Part shown: in pieces, positions 1 through 9,264 of the stretch
How the letters are laid out: each line of letters begins with the position of its first letter
Numbering within the stretch: position 1 is the stretch's first letter
Virus record (IMG/VR): IMGVR_UViG_2523533545_000002
Location: 2,718-66,717 of that record
DNA: 64,000 nucleotides
Source: a virus
Taxonomy: Duplodnaviria; Caudoviricetes
Direction: 5' to 3' (one strand)
The notes under the pieces: generated by a model
Told to the model about the DNA's origin: nothing
What the model saw: the letters and a program-made list of their open reading frames with translations, nothing else
The model's database searches: none
Translations under genes and position numbers: made by a program

Positions 1-236
1 AAGGCTATGTCCAAGCCCTCGCCATTCGACTCTTCCCAGCAGCAGGAGCCATGAGATCGGACCATGAAAACCGGCTCGCTCTGGTGCTGGGCGGCTGGCT
101 TGGCAAGAATGGCGCGAAGCTCAGGGAGCGCGGCCAGTGCTGTCGCCGTATTCCTTCCAAAGTCGCAGCGCTCGAGCAGCTCACGCGGCACGCTGACCAT
201 CTGTTCGGTGTTGCTGGATCGGTTTTCTGTGGGCAT
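1..236 (-). CDS. Phage hypothetical protein (3' truncated by window edge), MPTENRSSNTEQMVSVPRELL...
   Basis: Translated by hand on the minus strand from ATG at 236; open to base 1; N-terminus typical of Pseudomonas prophage early genes. Confidence 0.6.
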   Translation of the reverse strand, partial: MPTENRSSNTEQMVSVPRELLERCDFGRNTATALAALPELRAILAKPAAQHQSEPVFMVRSHGSCCWEESNGEGLDIA

Positions 237-301
237 GGGGATACCTATCTGCGCCTGAGCAAGACGCGGCTACAGTTAAGGGGTGGGGCTGGAGGAGCGC
301 G

Positions 302-487
302 ATGAATCAAAAGCTGACTTGTAAGAAATGCGGCAAGGAAACCGAAGTTCAGTTACGCCACGACGGCAAAACCGATTGGCAGGTTTTTAACTGCCAACTT
401 TGTGGTGCCTTGCATGTCGAGGAGTCCTATTTCAAAGCTCCAGGATCTCCAGCGGAGTTCCGCTTCCGACTCGCTGATGAGTCTTAA
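302..487 (+). CDS. Small Zn-ribbon protein (CxxC...CxxC), antisense moron
   Basis: 61 aa with CKKC and CQLC; GGAG RBS upstream; convergent with the methyltransferase gene. Confidence 0.55.
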   Translation: MNQKLTCKKCGKETEVQLRHDGKTDWQVFNCQLCGALHVEESYFKAPGSPAEFRFRLADES

Positions 488-2475
488 GCTGCTACCGATA
501 GACGCTCTGCTATTCGCCACGGATCATTAGCTCTGGCCAAGGCAGCCATTGGTGGCGGACTGACGCTGTTGCCACACATGTGTACCTGTTCGGTCTTGGT
601 GAACTCCCTGCCGTCGGCGCCCTTGTCGATGATGTAGTCGGCTGGGAAGCCCTGGGCCAGGTACAGCTCATGCGGTTGCAGCATGCGCAGGCAGATGTCG
701 ACGATCACATACGGCGTGCCTTTCACATGCACGGTGACCAGTGCCAGGCGGTCCCGGGTCGTGACTGTGGGTGAGGGGTGGTCAGCACCGCTGGTGTTCT
801 CCGTCCCGTAGTAGCTGATCAGGAACGCAGCCACCCGCAGCGCGCCTTCTTCATGCTCTGGAGAAAGCTTGTACTCGACCAGGGCGTGATGCTCGGCGCC
901 GGCGGTCATGGTTGGCACTGGCTCATCCATGCTTCGCCCGGTGCAGTTGTTGCGCAGGGTAGCCAGGCTGGCACTGACCAGTTGCTGCTGGCTGCCGGTG
1001 TTGGTCACCGTGGTCATGGGGTCGTCCATACCCTTGGCGTGGGTGGTGTTGAAGCCGCCATTCATCTGGGCCATGAACACCGTTGTAAGGCCCATGGCGT
1101 GTGCGGCGCCGGCCGGGCGCTGGTAGTTACCACCGCTGGTGATGGTCGGTACCGGCTCGTCCACGGCCTTGCCTGCGTCATCGAAGCGGAACTTCACCAG
1201 GTGAGCGGAGGCCAATGCGTGCTTCACGCCGCCGGCGACCACTGTGCCCACTGGTTGATCGAGCCCGGGCACTCGCGGCTTCTGGCCGGTGCGCTCGCCA
1301 TATCCCGACTGAATTAGGGTAGGGCTGATCAGCGTCAGCTCCCCGCGATTGGCGCAGGTCACTGTCGGCAATGGTTCCAAGGGATCGTTCACCCGGTCGC
1401 TGCCCTGGTGTGTTGCTGGTGCAATGATCGGGCTGGCCATGGCGAACGACCCGCCGCGGGGCCAAGAGGTGACTGTGCGCAATGGTTCATGTGCGGACTG
1501 GGCCAGTTCGCCGGACCAGTTGGCGATCGGCACAATGAAGGGCTGCGGGTTATTGAGCACGAACTTCTGCAGGCCTTTGGCGACTCGACGCAGGGTGGCC
1601 TGGGCCAGGTCTTTCTTCCTGCCGAAGATGCTTTTGCTCGGCACAGTCCAGTCGATGCACTCCGCCGCGGTGCGCCACTTCTGCTGACCCTTGGCGGGCT
1701 TCTTCGCGTGGGTTGGCGTCGGCCACACGATCGGCTGGTCGTCGCAGCGGGCGATCATGAACAGGCGCTCCCGGCTGGTAGGGGCGCCGAAGTCGCAGGC
1801 CTTGATAACGCGCCACTCGACCTGATAACCCATGCCCTCCAGCAAAGCCACAAAGCGCTTCCAGGTGGTGCCGCGGCGCTTTGGGTCTGGCACCAGGAAC
1901 TGATTGGAAACCGGAACCTGCTCGCCGGACGCGGCCACCCGGTTGACCTTTGCCTTTGGCTTGGTTGGGTGCTGCACCAGGTCCAGAGTGACGACCCGGC
2001 CAGTAGCCTTGTCGCGCTTGGCGATCAGTGGGCCCCATTGCAGGATCTGCTTCACGTTTTCCAGGCTGATCACCCGGGGCTTCTTCTTTCCGGCCCACTT
2101 CAGGCCGATCCACGACAAGTTGCGAATCTCGCGCTTGCGCGGCTGGCCGCCGGCAGCCTGGCTGTGGTGGGTGCAGTCCGGGCTCATGTGGAACCAGCCC
2201 ACTGGGCGGCCGCCGCACTCCTCGTCCGGGTCACCCTCGAACACGTCGGTGGTGTAGTGCCGAGCGTGCGGGTGGTTGGCCGTGTGCATGCTGATTGCTG
2301 CCGGGTTGTGGTTCTTGGCCACGGTCACCGGACGACCCAGGCCCATCTCCAGCCCGGTACCGGCGCCGCCACCGCCGCAGAAGAAGTCGACCACGATCTC
2401 GTCATCTTGCGGATCGAGGCCCAGGCCGTACTGGGTTTTGAAGTCGAAGGCGGGCTTTTTCTGAAATGCAGACAT
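484..2475 (-). CDS. Phage C5-cytosine DNA methyltransferase (orphan)
   Basis: Motif I DFFCGGGG, catalytic SPDC, ENV motif, C-terminal GNSV; long repetitive target-recognition region. Confidence 0.93.
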   Translation of the reverse strand: MSAFQKKPAFDFKTQYGLGLDPQDDEIVVDFFCGGGGAGTGLEMGLGRPVTVAKNHNPAAISMHTANHPHARHYTTDVFEGDPDEECGGRPVGWFHMSPDCTHHSQAAGGQPRKREIRNLSWIGLKWAGKKKPRVISLENVKQILQWGPLIAKRDKATGRVVTLDLVQHPTKPKAKVNRVAASGEQVPVSNQFLVPDPKRRGTTWKRFVALLEGMGYQVEWRVIKACDFGAPTSRERLFMIARCDDQPIVWPTPTHAKKPAKGQQKWRTAAECIDWTVPSKSIFGRKKDLAQATLRRVAKGLQKFVLNNPQPFIVPIANWSGELAQSAHEPLRTVTSWPRGGSFAMASPIIAPATHQGSDRVNDPLEPLPTVTCANRGELTLISPTLIQSGYGERTGQKPRVPGLDQPVGTVVAGGVKHALASAHLVKFRFDDAGKAVDEPVPTITSGGNYQRPAGAAHAMGLTTVFMAQMNGGFNTTHAKGMDDPMTTVTNTGSQQQLVSASLATLRNNCTGRSMDEPVPTMTAGAEHHALVEYKLSPEHEEGALRVAAFLISYYGTENTSGADHPSPTVTTRDRLALVTVHVKGTPYVIVDICLRMLQPHELYLAQGFPADYIIDKGADGREFTKTEQVHMCGNSVSPPPMAALARANDPWRIAERLSVAA

Positions 2476-2556
2476 GGGCGGTCCTCGCCGGGGTGGCGTA
2501 AGTTGGTGAAGTCGGGTATTAGTGCCCGGCGCAGTGCTGAGCTAAAGGGGATATGA

Positions 2557-3105
2557 GTGAGCTGGGAAGGCGTTTTGTTGTGGATTGAACATCATCCGGG
2601 TCTTGCGTCTTGGGTCCAGGCAGTAGGCTCAATCGGTGCGATTGTTGGTGCTTTTGCAATCAGCAGTGGGCAAGAAAGGCGTCAAAGTAGGCTTGCAAAA
2701 CGAAACTCTATAGATCGTTTCGACGCCTACTGCGCCGTCATTAAAAATGCGGTCGAAAGCGCACAGTCGGTTTCCAGCTTTGCAAATGATGAGGCTGCTT
2801 ATTTCGAGTTTCGCTCGGTTTGGGAAAAGTATTTAAGTGAATCTTTGAGGTCCTCTTTGGAGGCAGCCAAGGCGATTTTGGTGCACGAGCTCTCAGACTA
2901 TAAGCTTGTTGTGTACTACAGCGGCTTGATGGGCTCGATTTATAAAATTCACTATGAAGTTGAGAAATACATGGCCACGACGCCGACTACGGAGGCGACA
3001 CTCAGGCTTTACGATGATCTGAAGCTGCTGTCATCGATGATCCAGTTCGACTGGACTCAATTTCAAGATCGCGCTGAGCTGAAGCGTATCCGGATGAAAA
3101 GGTAG
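2557..3105 (+). CDS. Hypothetical protein with N-terminal transmembrane helix (AT-rich moron)
   Basis: 182-aa ORF opposite to the operon; N-terminal WVQAVGSIGAIVGAFAIS hydrophobic segment. Confidence 0.7.
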   Translation: MSWEGVLLWIEHHPGLASWVQAVGSIGAIVGAFAISSGQERRQSRLAKRNSIDRFDAYCAVIKNAVESAQSVSSFANDEAAYFEFRSVWEKYLSESLRSSLEAAKAILVHELSDYKLVVYYSGLMGSIYKIHYEVEKYMATTPTTEATLRLYDDLKLLSSMIQFDWTQFQDRAELKRIRMKR

Positions 3106-3138
3106 TCTGCAGGTTAGCTGGCAGGCAGCGCCGGAGTG

Positions 3139-3552
3139 TCAGGCGGCGCGGACTTTGAAGGTGAGCATGGCCGTAGCGTCGTCGTTGAAGCACTCGGCCA
3201 GCTCTTGATAGGCCCTGTACTTGGCCTGACTGCGAGTGGCGGCCCAAATGCGCCGCACGTAGTGGCGGGCATCGCCCAGCATGTAACGCACGTCATCCCA
3301 GTCGTACATGCAGTTGGTGAGGACTTCCCACTGCTTGATCGGCAGCTCGTCGGCCATCTCGCCGTACTGCATCTCCCAAGTCGGGTGATAGTTGCGGATG
3401 CGCTTCTTCGGGTCGCTGTCGAGGATGACGCCGATGTAGTGGCCACGGTCAGCCATGATGATGCCGGGCTCGCCGTTGGCGATAACCCGGCGACCGACCT
3501 CGGCCGGCACGTCGTAATGGCGGCGAACGTAGTCGCAGCTGTAATTGCTCAT
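3139..3552 (-). CDS. Phage hypothetical protein
   Basis: 137-aa ORF in the early-left operon with phage-like codon usage. Confidence 0.7.
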   Translation of the reverse strand: MSNYSCDYVRRHYDVPAEVGRRVIANGEPGIIMADRGHYIGVILDSDPKKRIRNYHPTWEMQYGEMADELPIKQWEVLTNCMYDWDDVRYMLGDARHYVRRIWAATRSQAKYRAYQELAECFNDDATAMLTFKVRAA

Positions 3553-3566
3553 TGGTCGGTCCTTGA

Positions 3567-4118
3567 TCAGGCTGCTTTGCGCTGATTGAGCACGCGCTGG
3601 CGGGCGGCTTCGTACTCGCTGCTGACTATCTCAACCAGGCCGTCGACATCGCCGTCAGCCGCCTTGCTGCCCAGGTTCAGGTACACGGTATCGCCATAGG
3701 TGAAGCACACCCCGCCACTGAGCCAGATGCCGCCGCGCTCGACGCCGATGGCTTCCCACATTTCGTCCCGGTCGATATCGTCCGGGCAATGTGCTTTCCA
3801 GAGATCTTCCAGGCGCTGGTGCTCAGCCTTCTCTGCCGCGCGCACCTCTTTGTCCGTGCCCTTGGCATGCTTGGGCGCCCGGCGCAGAGAGCGGTAGCCG
3901 TATTCGTCGGGGCGGCACCAATGCACATCAAGGTCGCGGCTGGCGCTGAGCTTGATGCCGCCGACGTAGTTGCGGGAGCCGCTGTACATCGGCGAGGCGT
4001 CGGCGCCAAAGGCTTCGCCCAGATTTTTGCGCTGAGCGTCCCAGGCTGCTTTCTTCCCGTCCCAGGCGCGCACGGCGGCCAGGACCTTTGGCGATTCGGT
4101 CTTGTAGAAGTAGCTCAT
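3567..4118 (-). CDS. Phage hypothetical protein
   Basis: Start moved to MSYFYKT (GGAG RBS); collinear with neighbours. Confidence 0.7.
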   Translation of the reverse strand: MSYFYKTESPKVLAAVRAWDGKKAAWDAQRKNLGEAFGADASPMYSGSRNYVGGIKLSASRDLDVHWCRPDEYGYRSLRRAPKHAKGTDKEVRAAEKAEHQRLEDLWKAHCPDDIDRDEMWEAIGVERGGIWLSGGVCFTYGDTVYLNLGSKAADGDVDGLVEIVSSEYEAARQRVLNQRKAA

Positions 4119-4231
4119 GGCTTTCTCCATGCATGCGCCGCCCTCCGTGGCCGGATGCGGCATGGTGGCAATTTGGTTTTGGATGGGGTATTACGGGTGA
4201 CCGGCATGGGGCCGGGTCAAAGGAGTGAGCT

Positions 4232-4549
4232 GTGAAAAAGCCTGTTGTCGACCATATTTGGGCAAAGATCTACGACCAAGACAGCCTTGGTAAATCTGCA
4301 GCACAGACCAAGCTGGATGAAGTGAAGGCTCTTCGCTTGCGGATACATGAGTCATACGGCAGTGAGGTTGCAAATAACGTGCTGAGTCATGGCCTGATTG
4401 AGCACGCGCTTGCGCGCTGTATTGAAATACAAGACGGAAAATCCGGGCTTGATTACGACGACCTCCAGATTTATGCGACCTTCGCGACATCTGCAATGAA
4501 TCACTCCCAGACACTCATTGACAAAGAGCTAGACGAGCTAGGCCTGTAA
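4232..4549 (+). CDS. Hypothetical protein (antisense moron)
   Basis: 105 aa, AAGGAG RBS before GTG, convergent with 4538..5059. Confidence 0.6.
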   Translation: MKKPVVDHIWAKIYDQDSLGKSAAQTKLDEVKALRLRIHESYGSEVANNVLSHGLIEHALARCIEIQDGKSGLDYDDLQIYATFATSAMNHSQTLIDKELDELGL

Positions 4550-5059
4550 GCGAGGGGAGAGCACCTCGTCGCCCGGATCCTGCTGAATCATCAGCATGCT
4601 CTTCCGGTCGAAGGCCAGTGCCAGGCGGGGCGATATGCTGATCTCGTGCCGCGGCGGGGTTAGAAACTTCGCAGCGTGCTGCATGCCCAGTGCATGGATG
4701 CCGTGGATCAAAGCCTCGATCATCTGGCTGTATGTGGCATCTGCCCATCCGCATATCGCCCGAAGGTGCTGGCCGGTTCGCTTCCTGGCTGACAGGCGCA
4801 GCGGATCGGCCCGCGCCGCAGATCGGTGAGCTTCGATTTCGTGGCGCGCGATCCTGAACAAGGCGTGGTGTCCGAGCGCTTCGATGTGATGAATCATCAG
4901 CGTCATCGCCTCGCCCTGTTCCTCGATTCCGGCCCACTCCATCAGCTCCAGCAGGGCCTGCTTAGTCCCTGGTCGAACCTTCAAGCGCAGGTCTTCTTCC
5001 TGTAGCCTGGCCGCCTTCTCTCGGCGGCGCTCGTCGCGCTGTGTCTGCGTCATTGCCAT
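4538..5059 (-). CDS. Phage hypothetical protein with an internally duplicated domain
   Basis: Two similar units ending HHIEALG and HGIHALG. Confidence 0.7.
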   Translation of the reverse strand: MAMTQTQRDERRREKAARLQEEDLRLKVRPGTKQALLELMEWAGIEEQGEAMTLMIHHIEALGHHALFRIARHEIEAHRSAARADPLRLSARKRTGQHLRAICGWADATYSQMIEALIHGIHALGMQHAAKFLTPPRHEISISPRLALAFDRKSMLMIQQDPGDEVLSPRLQA

Positions 5060-5309
5060 TTGGCACCCCCTTCAATCCGCTAGGCGGCAAGTGAACCTGT
5101 GCCCGGCGCTGGTGGCGCTGCAGGGCCATTCGTTTGAGTTTCATGGGTGAGTTCCATATCGGCGTCGTGCCAGCCCGCCAACCACCAGCCTCCGTCGACG
5201 GTCATGTTTCCGTAGGGCTGGGAGAGGCGGCATTTGCCGTCTTGGCGGCTGGTCCGGCCCTGGTAGTAGGCGACGGGGTAGGTGAGGCGTAGCCGTGTGG
5301 TCTTCATGG

Positions 5310-5801
5310 CTATGCCCCGGACAGGTAGGGCAGCGGCGCAAAGGGAATATCATCGTCGAAGCTTTCGTAGTCCGGGCCATGGGCGCCTTGCTGACTCTGC
5401 TGAGGTGCCTGCTGGCGGTTCTGTGGGCGCTGCTGCTGTGGCCTGGACTGTTGCTGCTGGCTGCTCTGCTGCGCCTGCTGTGGCGGGCTGCCGGCAAACT
5501 TGATGATGATCACCCGGCCCGTGAGCTTCACGCCCTGCGTTTGGTCCGATTTGGTGAACACCTCAACGTGGGCGTCATCGATGGTGAAGTGGACCTGCTG
5601 GCCTTTGACCAGGTACTGGGCCATGGCTTCGGCCTGCTTACCCCAGAGCGTGGCATCTACCCATTGTGTCGGGCGCTTGCCGTCCTGGCCCTTGCGACCG
5701 TAGTCACAGGCAATTGCCAGGTTGCACACGGCGTCGCCGCCTGGGGTGTAGCGCAGTTCAGCGTCGCGGCCAATGCGGCCGATATCAGTAAGAGTAGGCA
5801 T
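5310..5801 (-). CDS. ssb: Single-stranded DNA-binding protein
   Basis: MPTLTDIGRIGRDAELRYTPGG OB-fold start, Q-rich linker, acidic FDDDIPF tail. Confidence 0.92.
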   Translation of the reverse strand: MPTLTDIGRIGRDAELRYTPGGDAVCNLAIACDYGRKGQDGKRPTQWVDATLWGKQAEAMAQYLVKGQQVHFTIDDAHVEVFTKSDQTQGVKLTGRVIIIKFAGSPPQQAQQSSQQQQSRPQQQRPQNRQQAPQQSQQGAHGPDYESFDDDIPFAPLPYLSGA

Positions 5802-5815
5802 CGTGATTCCTTGGA

Positions 5816-6433
5816 TTATGCGGCCGCGCCGAGAACCTTGTTCATGCGCTCGTCGAGGATTTCGTAGAAGGTCTTCACCCGCTCGGTGAGCTTGCGGATC
5901 ATCACTTCGTCGCGGTACACGCGCTTGACGAAGAGGGGCATGCCCGGCCAGTAGCTGATGAAGTCCAGCCACTCGCGCTCGGAGACCCACAGGCCGCCCT
6001 GGCATTGGGCGACATGCTCTTTCGGAACTTCACCAGCCAGGATCACGCCGACCTGAAACTTGGGCAGCTTGGTTTTGATCTCGGTGAGGCCGTTGTCGCC
6101 GACCAGGGCGTCAGGCGAGTAGCCGATGCCGTGGTTCAAGATGATTCCCACGGACCGAGTCTTGAGGCTTTCGCGGTCCTCATACAGGCTTCGCGCGACC
6201 CCCTCCAGTTCATGACCTCGGATGGTTGCCTTGGTCTGAAAAGGAATTTCGGCGGCCTCTTCGGTGATGCGCTCCCCAATCAGCTGGTCCATGTAGGTGA
6301 AGGCTGCCACGCCGAAGCCTGCTTCCCCCTTGCCACTGACCAGCAGGCAATCCAGTTCCGAGCAGGTGATGATGCCCAGGCGCAGTGCCAGCCACTCCGG
6401 CGTGCCTTGCTCGATATCAGTGATGATCTGCAT
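5816..6433 (-). CDS. YqaJ/lambda-exonuclease family protein
   Basis: EQGTPEWLALRLGIITCS, SPDALV...EIK (PD-(D/E)xK), QCQGGLWV. Confidence 0.9.
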   Translation of the reverse strand: MQIITDIEQGTPEWLALRLGIITCSELDCLLVSGKGEAGFGVAAFTYMDQLIGERITEEAAEIPFQTKATIRGHELEGVARSLYEDRESLKTRSVGIILNHGIGYSPDALVGDNGLTEIKTKLPKFQVGVILAGEVPKEHVAQCQGGLWVSEREWLDFISYWPGMPLFVKRVYRDEVMIRKLTERVKTFYEILDERMNKVLGAAA

Positions 6434-7193
6434 TAGTGCTCTCCTCGCTCGCGGCTTCGTGCTGCTTCACAGACTTGCTCAGCATCCCCAACACCTGGTC
6501 GAACGCTGCTTTCTCAACTGCGGATGGGGTTCCGTGGATGCTGGCGAATGCGGTCTTGGCTTTATCGCTGCAGCGCTCCAGCAGCATGGCCAGCTGTGTG
6601 GCCTGCACCGAGGTCACCCGCGGCGTCACAACTGCGCCGTTGCCATCGTCATCCTCACCAGTGGTAGTGAAGTTGAGCAGGGCGCCGGCGGTGTAGCGCT
6701 TTCCGTAGCTAACGCTGGAGGCCACGGCCTGTACGCCGTTCTTGCTGCCGGTAGTATCGGCCGGCAGGACCAGGGAGGTGGTTTCGCGGTGACCGGCGCG
6801 GTGGCTCAGGACTCCTTCGACCTCGATGCCGCGTTCGTTGCGTGGGGTGCGGAAGGACAGGGCGAATCCATGCCTTGCGAGAACCGGCTTGATCATCTCG
6901 TTGATGTCTTCCCAGAGCGCGTAGGTGCTCTGGATGCGGCCATTCTTGTCCTTGATACCTCCACGTTCGCCGATCACCGGCAGCTCTTCCTGCATGGCGG
7001 CCAAGGCTTCGTCGAACTGCTGCTTGGCCTGCAGGGCCTGGATGTTCTGGTGCATGACCATCAGGCGCTCCATCTTGTCGATGTCAGCGTTCGGAGACAT
7101 GGCGACCTGCTGAATGATCTGCAGGACGGTTACCGACTCGGCGGCTACAGCCGGCGGCTGGGAATGGGTTTCGACCCTGGCTACTTGGCTCAT
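6417..7193 (-). CDS. erf: ERF-family single-strand annealing protein
   Basis: YALWEDINEMIKPVLARHG, QAVASSVSYGKRY, GEDDDGN; adjacent to exonuclease and SSB. Confidence 0.88.
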   Translation of the reverse strand: MSQVARVETHSQPPAVAAESVTVLQIIQQVAMSPNADIDKMERLMVMHQNIQALQAKQQFDEALAAMQEELPVIGERGGIKDKNGRIQSTYALWEDINEMIKPVLARHGFALSFRTPRNERGIEVEGVLSHRAGHRETTSLVLPADTTGSKNGVQAVASSVSYGKRYTAGALLNFTTTGEDDDGNGAVVTPRVTSVQATQLAMLLERCSDKAKTAFASIHGTPSAVEKAAFDQVLGMLSKSVKQHEAASEESTNADHH

Positions 7194-7200
7194 GGCAACC

Positions 7201-8304
7201 TCAGAAGTTGATGGTGATATTCGGGACTTCGCGGCGGGCGATCTTCAGGACGATGGCCTTGGCCAGTTCTTCGGTGATGTTCATCGACATCAGCGCTTCC
7301 TTGGCTTCGCCCATGATCTTGATCTTGTGCGCCTGGTCGCGCTCTCGCGCCTGTTGCTGGCGGAGGATTTCGGCTGCGGCTTCGTCAGCCCGGCGGCGCT
7401 CGTCTTGGCGGGCCTGTTCGGCAGCCTCTTCCTCGCGTCGTGCTGCGGCCTGGCGCTCTTGTTCAGCCTTCTGCTCGGCTTCAATCTGCTCGCGCTTTGC
7501 TTGCTCGGCGCGACGTTCAGCTTCGGCGGCCTGAAGCCTCAGGTCGTTCTCGCGCTTCTCGGCGGCGGCCTGCTCGTCACGGATTCGTTGAGCTCCTGCG
7601 TCACGCTCGCGCTGGGCCTTGGCTTCAGCTTCTCGGGTGGCCTGTTCTGCGGCTTCCCGGGCAATGCGTTCTTCGCGGTCCCGTTTCTCGCGGGCCTCTG
7701 CCTCGGCGCGCAGGCGGGTCAGTTCGGCCTGCTCGGATTCGTACTGCTGGCGGGCAGCCAGAGCGGCGCGCAGCACTTTCAGCGAATCGTCCTTGGCCCG
7801 GGCAGCTTCAGCCTCGAACTCTTCCCACGTTTTGCCCAGGGCAACGGCTTCCACCCTGGCGATGCGGTCGGCCAGGTCCTCAGCGGTGATACCGTCCAAG
7901 TCCTGGGCGTTGAGTTTCAGGTGGGTGATGGCGCTGTTGTGCCGATCCACCCGGGCATCTTCGGCAGCCTGCCAGTCGTTCAGCGGCTGGCGAACCCGAT
8001 CGCGCAGGGCGTCCATTTCCGTCACGAACTCGCGCAGCTCGGTCTCGACGACCTTCGGCATTTCCTTCAGGCGCCGTAGATAATCACGGCCCGGCTTTTC
8101 GACGGCGGACTTCGACTTGCTGACCTTGGCGGCCAGGCTGGCGATGCGCTCGCGGCCTTTGCGGGTGGTCAAGTCAGGCACTTCGCCTTCGACTTCTGAT
8201 TTTGCAATCTCGATGAACTGCTTCAAGCCGCCGGCGACGTAGATGGCCGGGGCGTTGTCTTCGCTGATGTCGTCGACGGTGATCAGCTGCTGTTGTGCGG
8301 ACAT
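7201..8304 (-). CDS. Coiled-coil phage protein associated with the recombination module
   Basis: 367 aa with long E/R/A/Q-rich helical region. Confidence 0.8.
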   Translation of the reverse strand: MSAQQQLITVDDISEDNAPAIYVAGGLKQFIEIAKSEVEGEVPDLTTRKGRERIASLAAKVSKSKSAVEKPGRDYLRRLKEMPKVVETELREFVTEMDALRDRVRQPLNDWQAAEDARVDRHNSAITHLKLNAQDLDGITAEDLADRIARVEAVALGKTWEEFEAEAARAKDDSLKVLRAALAARQQYESEQAELTRLRAEAEAREKRDREERIAREAAEQATREAEAKAQRERDAGAQRIRDEQAAAEKRENDLRLQAAEAERRAEQAKREQIEAEQKAEQERQAAARREEEAAEQARQDERRRADEAAAEILRQQQARERDQAHKIKIMGEAKEALMSMNITEELAKAIVLKIARREVPNITINF

Positions 8305-8354
8305 TAGGACACCTCGCGCTCCATGCGAGCGCCGTCAGTTGGAATAGGGAATGC

Positions 8355-8480
8355 CAGATCACCCAAGCACGGAGGGTTGACCCAGGCTCTGGCTGCCGGT
8401 GATGGTTGCGCGCTCTTTCCGGCCTACGCTCCACTCAGGGTACGGTTATCCCCGTAGGGGCCCGCCGTGCTCGGGAGTGT
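8355..8480 (-). ncRNA. Candidate structured RNA (c4-antisense-like)
   Basis: Outer stem CCCGAGCACGG/CCGUGCUUGGG (with a G-U pair on the minus strand), cUACGg tetraloop hairpin, GCCGG/CCGG stem, UCAACCC before the closing strand. Confidence 0.4.
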
Positions 8481-8483
8481 GAA

Positions 8484-8600
8484 TCAGGAAGTGATCCGGT
8501 CAGCGAGAGCGCTGAGCAGCATCAGGAAGGTGAAGAGGGTGAGGGTGGTGACTGAGCCGCGCAGGATGTAGAGGCGGCGGGCGCGCTGGTAGGAGGTCAT
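8484..8600 (-). CDS. Small membrane protein
   Basis: 38 aa MTSYQRARR... followed by a hydrophobic helix; overlaps the upstream stop. Confidence 0.55.
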   Translation of the reverse strand: MTSYQRARRLYILRGSVTTLTLFTFLMLLSALADRITS

Positions 8601-9052
8601 GGCTTTGACCCCAGAGCCTTGATAGCCGACTTGCCCAGTGCGCGCAGAGAGCGGCGGAAGTTGCCAAGGTCGCGACGCGCTTTCTTGCGATCCCTGACGA
8701 AATACCAGGCTCTGGTGCAGTGGACGCATCCCTGCTTGAGAAGGTAATCCGCCACTTCCACGTCATTCAGTCCTCGGTCTTCGTCGTCCGAATACTGTCG
8801 GAATGCGTCCCACATATGCGTCCTGCGTCGATCTTTCTCGTCATACAGGATTCGCCAATGCTCTTCGCTTCCATTCGGCCAAGGCATATCGCCAAGTTCC
8901 GGGCATGGGTTGACAGGCTTTGGGCCAATCAACTCGAAGCGGTTCTCACATCTACCAAGGTGAAGCCCGATCTCGGCCGTCAACGACTTGATCTGCTGCA
9001 AGGTTGATTCGTGAGCGGCCAAGGTGATGAGTATCGAGCGCTCAAGCTTCAT
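8597..9052 (-). CDS. Phage hypothetical protein
   Basis: 151 aa, overlap-coupled to neighbours. Confidence 0.7.
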   Translation of the reverse strand: MKLERSILITLAAHESTLQQIKSLTAEIGLHLGRCENRFELIGPKPVNPCPELGDMPWPNGSEEHWRILYDEKDRRRTHMWDAFRQYSDDEDRGLNDVEVADYLLKQGCVHCTRAWYFVRDRKKARRDLGNFRRSLRALGKSAIKALGSKP

Positions 9053-9264
9053 GCCCGCACCTCATAGGCCAGCGTGCACATTCCGCACAGGTAGGCGCGA
9101 CCCGACCAGGCTGCCGGGTTCTCGATGTGAGCCATGCGCGCCTGGTTCATGGCGTCCGCCATGGTCAGGCCCTTGAAAACCATCAGGATGCGGTCATCCG
9201 GGATTGCCTGCGCAGCCTCAGCGACCTGCTCGTCGATGATCGACGGGAAAACTGGAGTTGTCAT
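9049..9264 (-). CDS. Phage hypothetical protein
   Basis: 71 aa, ATGA overlaps on both sides. Confidence 0.65.
   Translation of the reverse strand: MTTPVFPSIIDEQVAEAAQAIPDDRILMVFKGLTMADAMNQARMAHIENPAAWSGRAYLCGMCTLAYEVRA

Noticed and set aside
51-305. Plus-strand ORFs 51..305 and 64..258
   Set aside because: They overlap a more convincing minus-strand phage gene (1..236) that runs off the window.
1408-2556. 382-aa plus-strand ORF (and other long antisense ORFs such as 7114..8079)
   Set aside because: GC-rich shadow frames opposite clearly identifiable genes.
7201-8304. TolA-like envelope protein
   Set aside because: Resemblance is only low-complexity E/A/R coiled coil; no TM anchor; phage recombination context.
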